DNA from: Ranitomeya imitator | Lineage: Eukaryota | Direction of reading: 5' to 3' | DNA: 64,000 nucleotides | Assembly (NCBI RefSeq): GCF_032444005.1 | Contig: NC_091286.1 | Location: forward strand, 68,262,001 to 68,326,000 | Shown: one piece after another, positions 49,110 to 61,775 of the stretch | How the letters are laid out: the number at the start of each line of letters is the position of its first letter | Numbering within the stretch: the stretch's first letter is position 1 | The notes under the pieces: generated by a model | Databases searched by the model: none | Told to the model about the DNA's origin: nothing | The model's input: the letters and a program-made list of their open reading frames with translations, nothing else | Position numbers and translations under genes: made by a program

Positions 49110-52100
49110 TATAGCATACATTCCTTTAGCCAGATTTAGACGGGGTAAATAGTCTGCTATTGCGCACCTCGACGTGCGTTTCAGCGCCTCTGCAGCTTTG
49201 TCGGTAGGTATATTATTTTACACTGCTTATGTAACAGACTTACTGTTGGGAAAAATGGTTAATAGTAAGTAGGTATGTAAAGCAGATCACTAATTGCATA
49301 TTGAGTCAAACTTCACATCGTTTTTAAGGTTTTCTTCATAATAAAAATTGAACAAAATGGGACATATTTATTATGCAGCTATGTTAGTTTTTTTTAGCCT
49401 ATTTTTGTGGGAAATAGTGACATTCTGCATATATGCAATATTTATCAAGCTCTCCATTGGGGCATGAAAAGTAACAGAGAATTACATGCACTGTCATGGG
49501 GAATAAATGTGATTATGGCTTATGCTAAATTGTAATTGCTTTCTGGTTTACTACTGAATGATATGCCAGTATTAACCCCTTCATGACCCAGCCTATTTTG
49601 ACCTTAAAGACCTTGCCGTTTTTTGCAATTCTGACCAGTGTCCCTTTATGAGGTAATAACTCAGGAACGCTTCAACGGATCCTAGCGGTTCTGAGATTGT
49701 TTTTTCGTGACATATTGGGCTTCATGTTAGTGGTAAATTTAGGTCAATAAATTCTGCGTTTATTTGTGATAAAAACGGAAATTTGGCGAAAATGTTGAAA
49801 ATTTCGCAATTTTCACATTTTGAATTTTTATTCTGTTAAACCAGAGAGATATGTGACACAAAATAGTTAATAAATAACATTTCCCACATGTTTACTTTTC
49901 ATCAGCACAATTTTGGAAACAAAATTTTTTTTTGTTAGGAAGTTATAAGGGTTAAAATTTGACCAGCGATTTGTCATTTTTACAACGAAATTTACAAAAC
50001 CATTTTTTTTAGGGACCACCTCACATTTGAAGTCAGTTTGAGGGGTCTATATGGCTGAAAATACCCAAAAGTGACACCATTCTAAAAACTGCACCCCTCA
50101 AGGTACTCAAAACCACATTCAAGAAGTTTATTAACCCTTCAGGTGCTTCACAGCAGCAGAAGCAACATGGAAGGAAAAAATGAACATTTAACTTTTTAGT
50201 CACAAAAATTATCTTTTAGCAACAATTTTTTTATTTTCCCAATGGTAAAAGGAGAAACTGAACCACAAAAGTAGTTGTCCAATTTGTCCTGAGTACGCTG
50301 ATACCTCATATGTGGGGGTAAACCACTGTTTGGGCGCACGGCAGGGCTTGGAAGGGAAGGAGCGCCATTTGACTTTTTGAATCAAAAATTGGCTGCACTC
50401 TTTAGCGGACACCATGTCACGTTTGGAGAGCCCCCGTGTGCCTAAAAATTGGAGCTCCCCCACAAGTGACCCCATTTTGGAAACTAGACGCCCCAAGAAA
50501 CTTATCTAGATGCATAGTGAGCACTTTGAACCCCCAGGTGCTTCACAAATTGATCCGTAAAAATGAAAAAGTACTTTTTTTTCACAAAAAAATTCTTTTA
50601 GCCTCAATTTTTTCATTTTTACATGGGCAACAGGATAAAATGGATCCTAAAATGTGTTGGGCAATTTCTCCAGAGTACACCAATACCTCACATGTGGGGG
50701 TAAACCACTGTTTGGGCACATGGTAAGGCTCGGAAGGGAAGGAGCGCCATTTGACTTTTTGAATGAAAAATTATTTCCATCGTTAGCGGACACCATGTCG
50801 CGTTTGAATAGCTCCTGTGTGCCTAAACATTGGCGCTTCCCCACAAGTGACCCCATTTTGGAAACTAGACCCCCCAAGGAACTTATCTAGATGCATATTG
50901 AGCACTTTAAACCCCCAGGTGCTTCACAGAAGTTTATAACACAGAGCCATGAAAATAAAAAATAATTTTTCTTTCCTCAAAAATTATTTTTTAGCCTGGA
51001 ATTTCCTATTTTGCCAAGGATAATAGGAGAAATTGGACCACAAATATTGTTGTCCAGTTTGTCCTGAGTACGCTGATACCCCATATGTAGGGGTAAACCA
51101 CTGTTTGGGCGCACGGCAGGGCTCGGAAGGGATGGCACGCCATTTGGCTTTTTAAATGGAAAATTAGCTCCAATCATTAGCGGACACCATGTCACGTTTG
51201 GAGAGCCCCTGTGTGCCTAAACATTGGAGATCCCCCAGAAATGACCCCATTTTGGAAACTAGACCCCCAAAGGAACTAATCTAGATGTGTGGTGAGGACT
51301 TTGAACCCCCAAGTGCTTCACAGAAGTTTATAACGCAGAGCCATGAAAATAAAAAAATAAAAATATTTTCTCAAAAATGATCTTTTAGCCTGCAATTTTT
51401 TATTTTCCCAAGGGTAACAGGAGAAATTTGACCCCAAAAGTTGTTGTCCAGTTTCTCCTGAGTACGCTGATACCCCATATGTGGGGGTAAATCACTGTTT
51501 GGGCACATGCAGGGGCTCGGAAGTGAAGTAGTGACGTTTTGAAATGCAGACTTTGATGGAATGCTCTGTGGGCGTCACGTTGCGTTTGCAGAGCCCCTGA
51601 TGTGGCTTAACAGTAGAAACCCCCCACAAGTGACCCCCATTTTGGAAACTAGACCCCGAAAGGAACTTATCTAGATGTGTGGTGAGCACTTTGAACCCCC
51701 AAGTGCTTCATAGAAGTTTATAATGCAGAGCCGTGAAAATAAAAAATACGTTTTCTTTCCTCAAAAATAATTATTTAGCCCAGAATTTTTTATTTTCCCA
51801 AGAGTTACAGGAGAAATTGGACCCCAAAAGTTGTTGTCCAGTTTCTCCTGAGTACGCTGATACCCCATGAGTGGGGGTAAACCACTGTTTGGGCACACGT
51901 CGGGGCTCAGAAGGGAAGTAGTGACTTTTGAAATGCAGACTTTGATGGAATGGTCTGCGGGTGTCACGTTGCGTTTGCAGAGCCCCTGGTGTGCCTAAAC
52001 AGTAGAAACCCCCACAAGTCACCCCATTTTAGAAACTAGACCCCCCAAGGAACTTATCTAGATATGTGGTGAGCACTTTGAACCCCCAAGTGCTTCACAG

Positions 52101-52515
52101 ACGTTTACAACGCAGAGCCGTGAAAATAAAAAATCATTTTTCTTTCCTCAAAAATTATGTTTTAGCAAGCATTTTTTTAGATTCACAAGGGTAACAGGAG
52201 AAATTGGACCCCAGTAATTGTTGCGCAGTTTGTCCTGAGTATGCTGGTACCCCATATGTGGGGGTAAACCACTGTTTGGGCACACGTCAGGGCTCGGAAG
52301 TGAGGGAGCACCATTTGACTTTTTGAATACGAGATTGGCTGGAATCAATGGTGGCGCCATGTTGCGTTTGGAGACCCCTGATGTGCCTAAACAGTGGTAA
52401 CCCCTCAATTCTAACTCCAACACTAACCCCAACACACCCCTAACCCTAATCCCAACTGTAGCCATAACCCTAATCACAACCCTAACCACAACCCTAATTC
52501 CAACCCTAACCCTAA

Positions 52516-52884
52516 GGCTATGTGCCCACGTTGCGGATTCGTGTGAGATATTTCCGCACCATTTTTGAAAAATCCGCGGGTAAAAGGCACTGCGTTTTAC
52601 CTGCGGATTTTCCGCGGATTTCCAGTGTTTTTTGTGCGGATTTCACCTGCGGATTCCTATTGAGGAACAGGTGTAAAACGCTGCGGAATCCGCACAAAGA
52701 ATTGACATGCTGTGGAAAATACAACGCAGTGTTTCCGCGCGGTATTTTCCGCACCATGGGCACAGCGGATTTGGTTTTCCATAGGTTTACATGGTACTGT
52801 AAACCTGATGGAACACTGCTGCGAATCCGCAGCGGCCAATCCGCTGCAGATCCGCAGCCAAATCCGCACCGTGTGCACATAGCC
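52516..52884. mobile_element. Harbinger-type MITE in the telomere-like array
   Basis: ccc-TAA|GGCTATGTGCCCAC ... GTGTGCACATAGCC|TAA. Confidence 0.82.
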
Positions 52885-52893
52885 TAATTCTAA

Positions 52894-53238
52894 AGGTATG
52901 TGCACACGCTGCGGAAAACGCTGCGGATCCGCAGCAGTTTCCCATGAGTTTACAGTTCAATGTAAACCTACGGGAAACAAAAATCGCTGTACACATGCTG
53001 CGGAAAAACTGCACGGAAACGCAGCGGTTTACATTCCACAGCATGTCACTTCTTTGTGCGGATTCCGCAGCGGTTTTACAACTGCTCCAATAGAAAATCA
53101 CAGTTGTAAAACCGCAGTGAAATGCGCAGAAAAAAACGCGGTAAATCCGCCATAAATCCGCAGCGGTTTAGCACTGCGGATTTATCAAATCCGCAGCGGA
53201 AAAATCCGCAGAGGACCAGAATACGTGTGCACATACCG
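52894..53238. mobile_element. Second Harbinger-type MITE, 9 bp from the first
   Basis: TAA|AGGTATGTGCACAC ... GTGTGCACATACCG|AAA. Confidence 0.75.
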
Positions 53239-53544
53239 AAACCCTAACCCTAACCCTACCCCTAACCCTATTCTAACATTAGTGGGAAAAAAAAAAATTC
53301 TTTATTTTTTTATTGTCCCTACCTATGGGGGTGACAAAGGGGGGGAGGGGGGTCATTTATTTTTTTTTTTTTTATTTTGATCACTGAGATATAATCTATC
53401 TCAGTGATCAAAATGCACTTTGGAACGAATCTGCCGGCCGGCAGATTCGGCGGGCGCACTGCGCATGCGCCCGCCATTTTGGAAGATGGCGGCGCCCAGG
53501 GAGAAGACGGACGGGACCCCGGCTGGATCGGTAAGTATGATGGG

Positions 53545-53800
53545 GTGGGGGGGGACCACGGGGGGGGGGGGATCGGAGCACGGGGGGGGGAATCGGAGCG
53601 CGGGAGGGGTGGAATGGAGCACGGGGGGCGTGGAATGGAGCACGGGGGGCTGGAATGGAGCACGGGGGGGTGGAACTGAGCACCGGGGGGGGTGGAACTG
53701 AGCGCAGGGGGGGTGATTGGAGCACGGGGGGGTGATTGGAGCACGGGGGTGAGCGGACAAGAGCACGGGGGGGAGCGGAGCACAGGACGGAGGGGAGCAG
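53545..53800. repeat. G-rich minisatellite of about 20 bp
   Basis: Tandem tggagcacgggggg(g)tggaa-like units. Confidence 0.8.
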
Positions 53801-54236
53801 GGCAGTGTACCGGGCAGATCGGAGGGCTGGGGGGGCGATCGGAGGGGTGGGGGCACATTAGTATTTCCAGCCATGGCCGATGATATTTCAGCATCGGCCA
53901 TGGCTGGATTGTAATATTTCACCAGTTATAATAGGTGAAATATTACAAATCGCTCTGATTGGCAATTTCACTTTCAACAGCCAATCAGAGCGATCGTAGC
54001 CACGAGGGGGTGAAGCCACCCCCCCTGGGCTAAACTACCACTCCCCCTGTCCCTGCAGATCGGGTGAAATGGGAGTTAACCCTTTCACCCGGCCTGCACG
54101 GACGCGATCTTTCCATGACGCCACATAGGCGTCATGGGTCGGATTGGCACCGACTTTCATGACGCCTACGTGGCGTCATGGGTCGGGAAGGGGTTAATAA
54201 ATATGCCTAGTTATGCAGTCACACTGTTGCAACTAA

Positions 54237-54734
54237 GGGCTCATCTCCACTTGTGAGGAAAACGGACGAGTGCAATCCGATAAAAAATCGGATTGCACTC
54301 GGACCAATGTTAATCAATAGGTGACACTCCATTTGCGATTTTTTTTTTTTCCCAGCCGAAATCGGACTGAGAAAAATCTGTGTCGGCTGAGAAAAAAATC
54401 GCAGCATGCTGCGTATTGCTGAGATTCTCGGACGAGACTCGTCAATGGGTGCGAGAGAAAAAACGCATGGAATACGGACCATCCGTATTCCATCCGTTTT
54501 TTACGGATACCTTACCATTCTGTGGCACAGAACACTGTAAATAGTCCTGTAAATGATTGTATAAAAATATTTGCAGAGAAAAAAAACGGATTGCATACGG
54601 ATGTCATACGGATGTAAAAACGGATGATGCGATTAAAAATCGCATGACACTCGCATGACAATCGCACACGTTACATCAGTTTTTTCGGTCCGTAAATCGG
54701 ACCGTTTTTTTCTCACACAAGTGGAGATGAGCCC
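54237..54734. mobile_element. Harbinger-type MITE
   Basis: TIR GGGCTCATCTCCACTTGTG / CACAAGTGGAGATGAGCCC; flanks TAA/TTA are not identical. Confidence 0.7.
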
Positions 54735-55025
54735 TTATACTCATTTTTCGTGAACTTGTTTAGAAAATCATTTCAGTTTCTTAATGAAGGCTTTGTATAT
54801 TCTGTGCTTGTTTTATGTAATTTGTGTATACACTAACGTGCCATTTCAGACTGTATACCAAAAGTTTAAAGATTTATTGATATTAATAGACTAAAATTTT
54901 AATACTGAGAATAAAACATTTGTATCTATAAGTTATTGTACTTTCAAGCATACTTTGAACAGCTGGCTGTTGACTATGAGCCTTATTCATTATTGCGTTT
55001 GCGTCTGTTTTTTGTCAATCTTTTA

Positions 55026-55429
55026 GGCTATGTGCACACGTTGCGGATTAGTCTTAGGAATTTCTGGTGCGGATTCTGCCTCTCCTGGCAGAAAACGCAC
55101 TTGTGGATTTGTCGCATTTTTTGTGCAGTTCTGCAGCGTTTTTTGTGCGTTTTTGCTGCGGTTTTCTTGCGGATTTGCTGCGTTTTTTACCCCTGCGGTT
55201 TTCTATAATGGAATGGGTACAAAAACGCTGCAGATTCACAAACAAGAAGTGACATGCTACTTCTTTTAAACCGCAGCGTTTCCGCAGCGGATTTTCCGCA
55301 AAGTGTGCACAGCATTTTTTTTTCTCATTGATTTACATTGTACTGTAAATAACTTGCGGATCTGCAGCGTTTCTGCACTGGAAAAAACGCTGCGGATCCT
55401 CAGAGAATCCGCAACGTCTGCACATACCC
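55026..55429. mobile_element. Harbinger-type MITE
   Basis: TTA|GGCTATGTGCACAC ... GTCTGCACATACCC|TTA. Confidence 0.82.
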
Positions 55430-58400
55430 TTAGTGTTTTATATCTTTTTTTAATTTTTTGCACCATATATTGTATCTTTCCAATCGTGCCTTTTTAAAAT
55501 AACTTTTTTCATATTATTTATTATTATAGCGCCATTTATTCCATGGTGCTTTACATTTGAGGAGGGCTATACATTATAAAAACAGGTACAATAATCTTGA
55601 ACAATACAAGTCACAACTGGTACAGGAGGAGAGAGGACCCTGCCCGCGAGGGCTCACAATCTACAAGATATTTGCATAAGTGACTTTTTGTACTAAAAAG
55701 TGGCAAAACAGGTAAGAACACAAAAGACAAAAATAAAGAGTATTTTTTTATTTCTGAAAAAAATGTCAGCAGATACCATAGTATACCATAGACAAGTGAA
55801 CCTGTCTGCAGGTTTTAAAACCCTAAACTGCCGTTATCTTTGTAAATCATCTAAAATATTCATTATGTCTATACCTTTGTTTTATAAGTTCATTTCTCCA
55901 TTTTCCCCAAATCTAACTGTAAATGCTCGTGCAAATGACCTTGTAAGGGGCTTGGCCTGCTGTTTCAGCTCTCCCGCTTTTCTCTCCTGCTGCTGACAGA
56001 CTCCTGTCAATGACTGACATTACATATTCCGTTTCCCCACCTTAGATGTCGTGCAGGTGCTATCATTTCTAGGTATGGCGCATGCATGCAGAGATTGATA
56101 GTGTGGCTCTTAAAGCGTCAACAGGACCTTACTGCGCATATGTCACCCAATGAGAACAATGGCAAATGCTTGAGATATCGGGTGGAGAAGACAGTCGCAG
56201 AGAAGAGTGAATCTGTTAATTATTGGTGGGAGGTGAAAGAGGGATAGAGTTCGAGAGTTTCTAGTGCAGGCTAAGCCCCTTGCACTAATGACCTTATTTG
56301 CATAAACATCAATTTCTAAAAGGAAAAATTTAACTTAAGATACAAAGACATAGACTTAATCAACATTTCAGATGCTTTACCTAGATAATGTTAGTAGGGT
56401 CTAAAAACCTACTGATTCCATATTGAATTTTGACCACCTGCTTTCCACCTGATTTTGTTGATCTTGACATAACGTCTCGTTATTGACCCTGACTGGTTCA
56501 CTCCTGAAGGCAGCCCTTCTGTGGAAGTAATCCGGTATCCCCCATTATAACAACAGATCCCTGTACAGGGGTTAAAAGGTGAAAGTTGGGGTTCTTCTGG
56601 AGTCTGTCCTCGGTATTCTTTTTTAGCCTGTAGACTATGATGGACGTTATGTTACTTATATGGTTCTATGCTGTCGCAGTTCACATTTAGCTCAAGAAGC
56701 GACACCATCATACTTTTGATGCCAGGATCAATAATGATCACTGATGGGTTTATTTCCTAATAACACACAATACAGATACATTTCACACCAAGAGGCGTAA
56801 TAGCAATAGCAAAACAACAAATAATGTTTTAATTGGTTGCAATTGAAAAATATTGTTTTGCATCAATTAGCAGAGAAATATATTTAAAATAATTGTCCAC
56901 TACCCGGACAACCCCTTCTCTCAATTGCAATTTTCCCACTTCTAAAATAACCTCTGGTGATTGCACTGCCTCTCCTGGGGCCTACGTGACATTATGTCAA
57001 GGGAGCCCTGCAGCCAATCAGCAGCAGCTTCTCTCCTCTTTGTATGAACCTCACAGCCAGAAGAAGTGGGAATTGCTGCTGATCTCTGCCTTACTGTGAA
57101 TGTCCGTTACATCCAAAGGAAGTGAGAGTGGAACAGCCGCCGATTGGCTGTAGGTGTGACATAACAGTGGCACGCAAGACTTGGGAGACCAGGCTTCAAT
57201 GTTGCTTGAAAGCTCCCGCATCAGAGAGGAGTATAGCTGTTACAATTTTACATGAAGCTAGGACACATGCAGTACACAGAGTCATTTTATATCTGGGATT
57301 CTTTACGCCACTTCTTCTGACTACTTCCGCAGGTCCCCATAGTTATACCATTAAAGCACAATACAATTAATAACAACACTTACATAAAATCACATAACAA
57401 AGTAAGGAAAGTATCAGTAATATGCTGCGCCTTGTCATTTGGATACTATAGTCATGATCATGTTGCTGTAGTATATCGGTCCCATAATTCAAAAGAGGAA
57501 GGAGGAACACCCCTATTATGGAAACACCATTTAGGAAATATCTCTCAAACTTAGATGTAACTGCCCATGTCAGTGTACCCGGCATTGGTGTATAGTATAT
57601 GGGTGTATCCAGTTAGGGGTCAATAGCTCCTCTTACACCAGCTGTATGTATATCCGGTGCTCTGATGCAGATATCATGTGATCACACGTCACTACATTGA
57701 GGTCTTGTGCCTCAATTACATCATGTGGACTAATGATCTTATTTTCCCCACTGTATAGGAAACATTTATGGGAGATTTTAAGTGTATTGTATTCACATAT
57801 ATTCATATACATTTTTAATTATTTTTTCTACCAGTGTTTAAAACAAAAACCAGTAGGCTTTATACCAGGTTCAGATATTCAGCCTTTGTATTTTGCAGTG
57901 ATTTTCAAGCCATAATTGTGGCGCATCTAGTTCTATAAAAAATACTATAATTCTAGTTTACGTTTTGAATCTAAAAAGCAGAGTTTCCCAAACTTTAAAA
58001 TAGTGTATATGAGCATGGGACAAAAAGTTTGCAGTCACTCATGATTCCCCATGCTAATTGGCAGTCATGTGTTCACATGTATGCAATTTCCTTAGAGTAA
58101 CTGTAGATTTTTTTACTCAAGCCTGGACAACCCGTTTAAGTTTTCATAGCTTTAATGCTGCATATAGGATTGTTTATTTTTTTAACCCCTTTACCCCCAA
58201 AGATGGTTTGCACGTTAATGACCTGGCCAATTTTTACAATTCTGACCACTGTCCCTTTATGAGGTTATAAGTCTGGAACGCTTCAACGGATCCCAATGAT
58301 TCTGACAATGTTTTTTGTGACATATTGTACTTCATGATAGTGGTAAAATTTCTTTGATATTACTTGCGTTTATTTGTGGAAAAAAAAACGAAAATTTGGC

Positions 58401-59559
58401 AAACATTTTGAAAATTTCGCAATTTTCCAACTTTGAATTTTTATACCCTTAAATCACACATATATATTACACAAAATACTTAATAAGTAACATTTCCTAC
58501 ATGTCTAATTTGCATCAGCACAATTTTGGAACCATAAATTTTTTGTTAGGGAGTTCTAAGGATTAAAAATTGACCAGCGATTTCTCATTTTTACAACACC
58601 ATTTTTTTTAGGGACCACATCTCATTTGAAGTCACTTTGAGGGGTCTATATGATAGAAAATACCAAAAAGTGACACCATTCTAAAAACTGCACCCCACAA
58701 GGTGATCAAGACCACATTTAAGAAGTTTATTAACCCTTCAGGTGCTTCACAGAATTTTTTGGAATGTTTAAAAAAAAATGAACATTTAACTTTTTTTCAC
58801 AAAAAAATTACTTCAGATGCAATTTGTTTTATTTTACCAAGGGTAACAGGAGAAAATGGACTCCAAAAGTTGTTGTGCAATTTGCCCTGAGTATGCCAAT
58901 ACCTCATATGTGGGGGTAAACCACTGTTGGGTGCATGGCAGAGCTCCGAAGGGAAGAAGTGGCGTTTTGGAATGCAGACTTTGATGGAATGGTCTGCGGG
59001 CGTCACATTGCGTTTGAAGAGCCCCTGATCTACCTAAACAGTAGAAACCCCCCACAAGTGACCCCATATTGGAAACTAGACCCCCCAAGAAACTTAAAAC
59101 ACATGGGCTACTTGCACAGTGAACAAGTCTGTAGAAACCTGTTCACACCACCAAAGAACTTGAAGACACAAGAGCGCACAGACAGGTCAAAAAATACTCT
59201 GTTGTAAAAAAAAGTCACAGTAAATAAGCAAGTGCTAGTCAAACAATGAAAAAATACAGGGTATTTAGTTAATACATTTTTTTGCAAGAAACTTATCTAG
59301 ATGTGTTGTGAGAACTTTGACACAAAAATGATATTTTAGCCCCCAAATTTTTATTTTCCCAAGGGTAGCAGGAGAAATTGGACTGCAAAAGTTGTCCAAT
59401 TTGTCCTGAGTACGCTGTTACCCCATATGTGGGAGTAAACCACAGCAGAACTCAGAAGTTCTCAGACTTTTTCAACGCAGAATTGGATGGAATTGAGATC
59501 GGACATCATGTTGCATTTGCAGAGCCCCTGATGTGCCTGAACAGTGGAAATCCCCCAAT

Positions 59560-59910
59560 TCTAACTCCAACCCTAACCCCAATACACCTCTAACCCTAAT
59601 CCCAACCCTAACGACACCCCTAACCCCAACACACCCTTAACCCTAATCCCAACCGTAACCACACCCCTAACCCAAACACGCCCCTAATCCCAATCCCAAC
59701 GCACCCCTAACCCCAGCACACCCTTAACCCTAATCCCAACTGTAACCACAACCCTAACCCGAACACACCCCTAATCCCAACCATAACCCTAACCACACCC
59801 CTAACCCAACCGTAAACGTAATCCAAACCCTAACCCCAACCCTAACTTTAGCCCCAACCCTTACTTTAGCCCCAACCCTAGCCCTAACTTTAGCCCCAAC
59901 CCTAACCCTA
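59560..59910 (+). repeat. Degenerate telomere-like (CCCTAA)n array within piggyBac-like copy C
   Basis: Runs of ccctaa, cccaa and cctaat units. Equivalent arrays lie at about 52410-52515, 53240-53275 and (reverse) 12875-12925. Confidence 0.85.
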
Positions 59911-60151
59911 ATGGGAAGATGGAAATAAATACATTTTTTAAATTTTATTATTTTTCCCTAACTAAGGCGGTGGTAAAGGGGGGTTTTATTTACTACTAGA
60001 TGGTGGCCCGATTCTAACGCATCGGGTATTCTAGAATATGCATGTCCACGTAGTTCATTGCACAGCCCCCGTAGTATATTGCCCAGCCACGTAGTATATT
60101 GCCCAGTCATGTAGTATATTGCCCAGTCACGTAGTATAATCTTCTCTTCTT

Positions 60152-60846
60152 TTTTTTTTTATAAATCTGTTTGTTAAAGGTTTGTAAATACAGTACAAAC
60201 CAGACATTTCCATTAGAGATATTACAATAAAGTAACAATATTGAGTGATATTGTAACCCCAAATCCCACCCCCTCCCTCCCTACATAAACAAAAATAGAA
60301 ACCCCCATACTCTGCGTACGCGTAACCAAAGAAGAGTCTTATGGAATTGGTGAATTGCCACCTATCCGCTGTAATAGATACCATTGGGTATTTTCAAAAT
60401 GTGCTCTCAGTTTCTCCCTAGTCTCTAGAGGAAGCGATGGGATAAGAGTAGCCCACGTGGATAAGAATCTACCCGATTGCTTCTCCCTGTTAGTCAGTGC
60501 GTCCAACCACTCCATTCTGAATATGAATAGGATTTTGGTGCGGATGAAAGAGAGCGAAGGGACCATTGGACTCAACCACTGGTGCAAAATGCTGTTCCTG
60601 GTCGCCGAAGCCCATATCGTAAGTGTTGCTTTAATGTGTCTGGGCATTTTGTGGGATGCCTCGTCCAGAATATTAAAAATAGCCCACTGTGGAGTAAGCG
60701 TGAAGTTAACTTCGCATATTCTCTGCAGTTCGTTGTGTACCTCGCCCCACAACCCCTGAACTTTTGGGCAGCTCCATAAGTGATGGTATATGTCGGTGTT
60801 GCGAAATTTGCATTTAGAACACAGGTAAACGGTGGGGGGGGACATC
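60152..60846 (-). mobile_element. 5'-truncated L1, related to the 8.4-kb copy
   Basis: ORF 60848-60339 CSKCKFRNTDIYHHLWSCPKVQGLW; similar 3' UTR; A-tail; 14-bp TSD AATCTTCTCTTCTT at 60138-60151 and 60847-60860. Confidence 0.93.
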
Positions 60847-60860
60847 AATCTTCTCTTCTT

Positions 60861-61055
60861 AAATAATCTTTTTTTTTTTTATATAGCGCTAACATATTCC
60901 GCAGCGCTTTACAGTTTGCACACTTTATCATCACTGTCCCCGATGGGGCTCACAATCTAAATTCCCTATCAGTATGTCTTTGGAGTGTGGGAGGAAACCG
61001 GAGTACCCAGAGGAAACCCACGCAAACACGGGGAGAACATACAAACTCCTTGCAG
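60861..61055 (-). mobile_element. 5'-truncated copy of the same SINE; its tail is interrupted by the L1
   Basis: Reverse complement matches about 27075-27270. Inserted in the Helitron 20-bp repeat array with a short tatact duplication. Confidence 0.85.
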
Positions 61056-61775
61056 TATATTGCCCAGTGACATAGTATGTTGCCCAACCACATAGTATAT
61101 TGCCCAGCCATGTAATATATTGCCCAGTCACATAGTATATTGCCCAGTCACGTAGTATATTGCCCAGCTACGTAGTATATTGCCCAGTCACATATGTAAC
61201 AGGTTAAAAAATAAAAAAGAAACATACTCAACTTCTGAGGGCCCCTTGTAGTCCTGTCGTAGTCCTGTCTCCTGTGTGCGGTGCACGCGGCAGCTTCCGG
61301 TCCCAGGGTTGGTATGAGCGCAGGACCTGTGATGATGTCGCAGTCACATGATCGTGACGTCATGGCAGGTCCTTCTCGCATAGCATCCTTAGCACCGGAA
61401 CTTGCCGCTTGCGCTGCCGAGGACAGGACGCCACGTCGGAGGGTGGGAATAACTTTTTTTTTTTTTATTCTCATTTGTAACATTAGATCTTTTTACTATT
61501 GATGCTGCATACACAGCATCAATAGTAAAAAGTTGGTCGCACAGGGTTAATAGCTGCGTAACCGGAGTGCGTTACACCGCACTCCGTTAACACTGGCATT
61601 AACCCTGTGTGAGTGCTGACTGGATGACTGGAGGGGAGTATGGAGCGGGCACTGACTGCGGGGAGGAAAGAGCGGCCATATTGCCGCCGGACTGTGGCCG
61701 TCGCTGATTGGTCATGGCAATGGTCGTGGGCGTTTTGCCATGACCAATCAGCAACTTGGATTCCATGACAGCCAG

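Larger units (their letters stand above)
49576..54193 (+). mobile_element. Large non-autonomous piggyBac-like element (copy B)
   Basis: TTAA|CCCCTTCATGAC ... GTCGGGAAGGGG|TTAA; about 6 tandem units of about 385 bp; CCCTAA-like array holding two nested MITEs; G-rich minisatellite. Confidence 0.88.

Noticed and set aside
49131-49204. Plus-strand exon (tttag|ccag...gtcg|gtaggt) of a divergent gene
   Set aside because: The splice-like signals are plausible, but no translation resembles a protein I recognise; it is unsupported without RNA data.
53319-53922. Pro-rich and Gly-rich ORFs
   Set aside because: They arise from the G-rich minisatellite inside a non-autonomous element.
59560-59910. True telomere or chromosome-fusion scar
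   Set aside because: The array is degenerate and sits at the same internal position in three copies of one transposon family.
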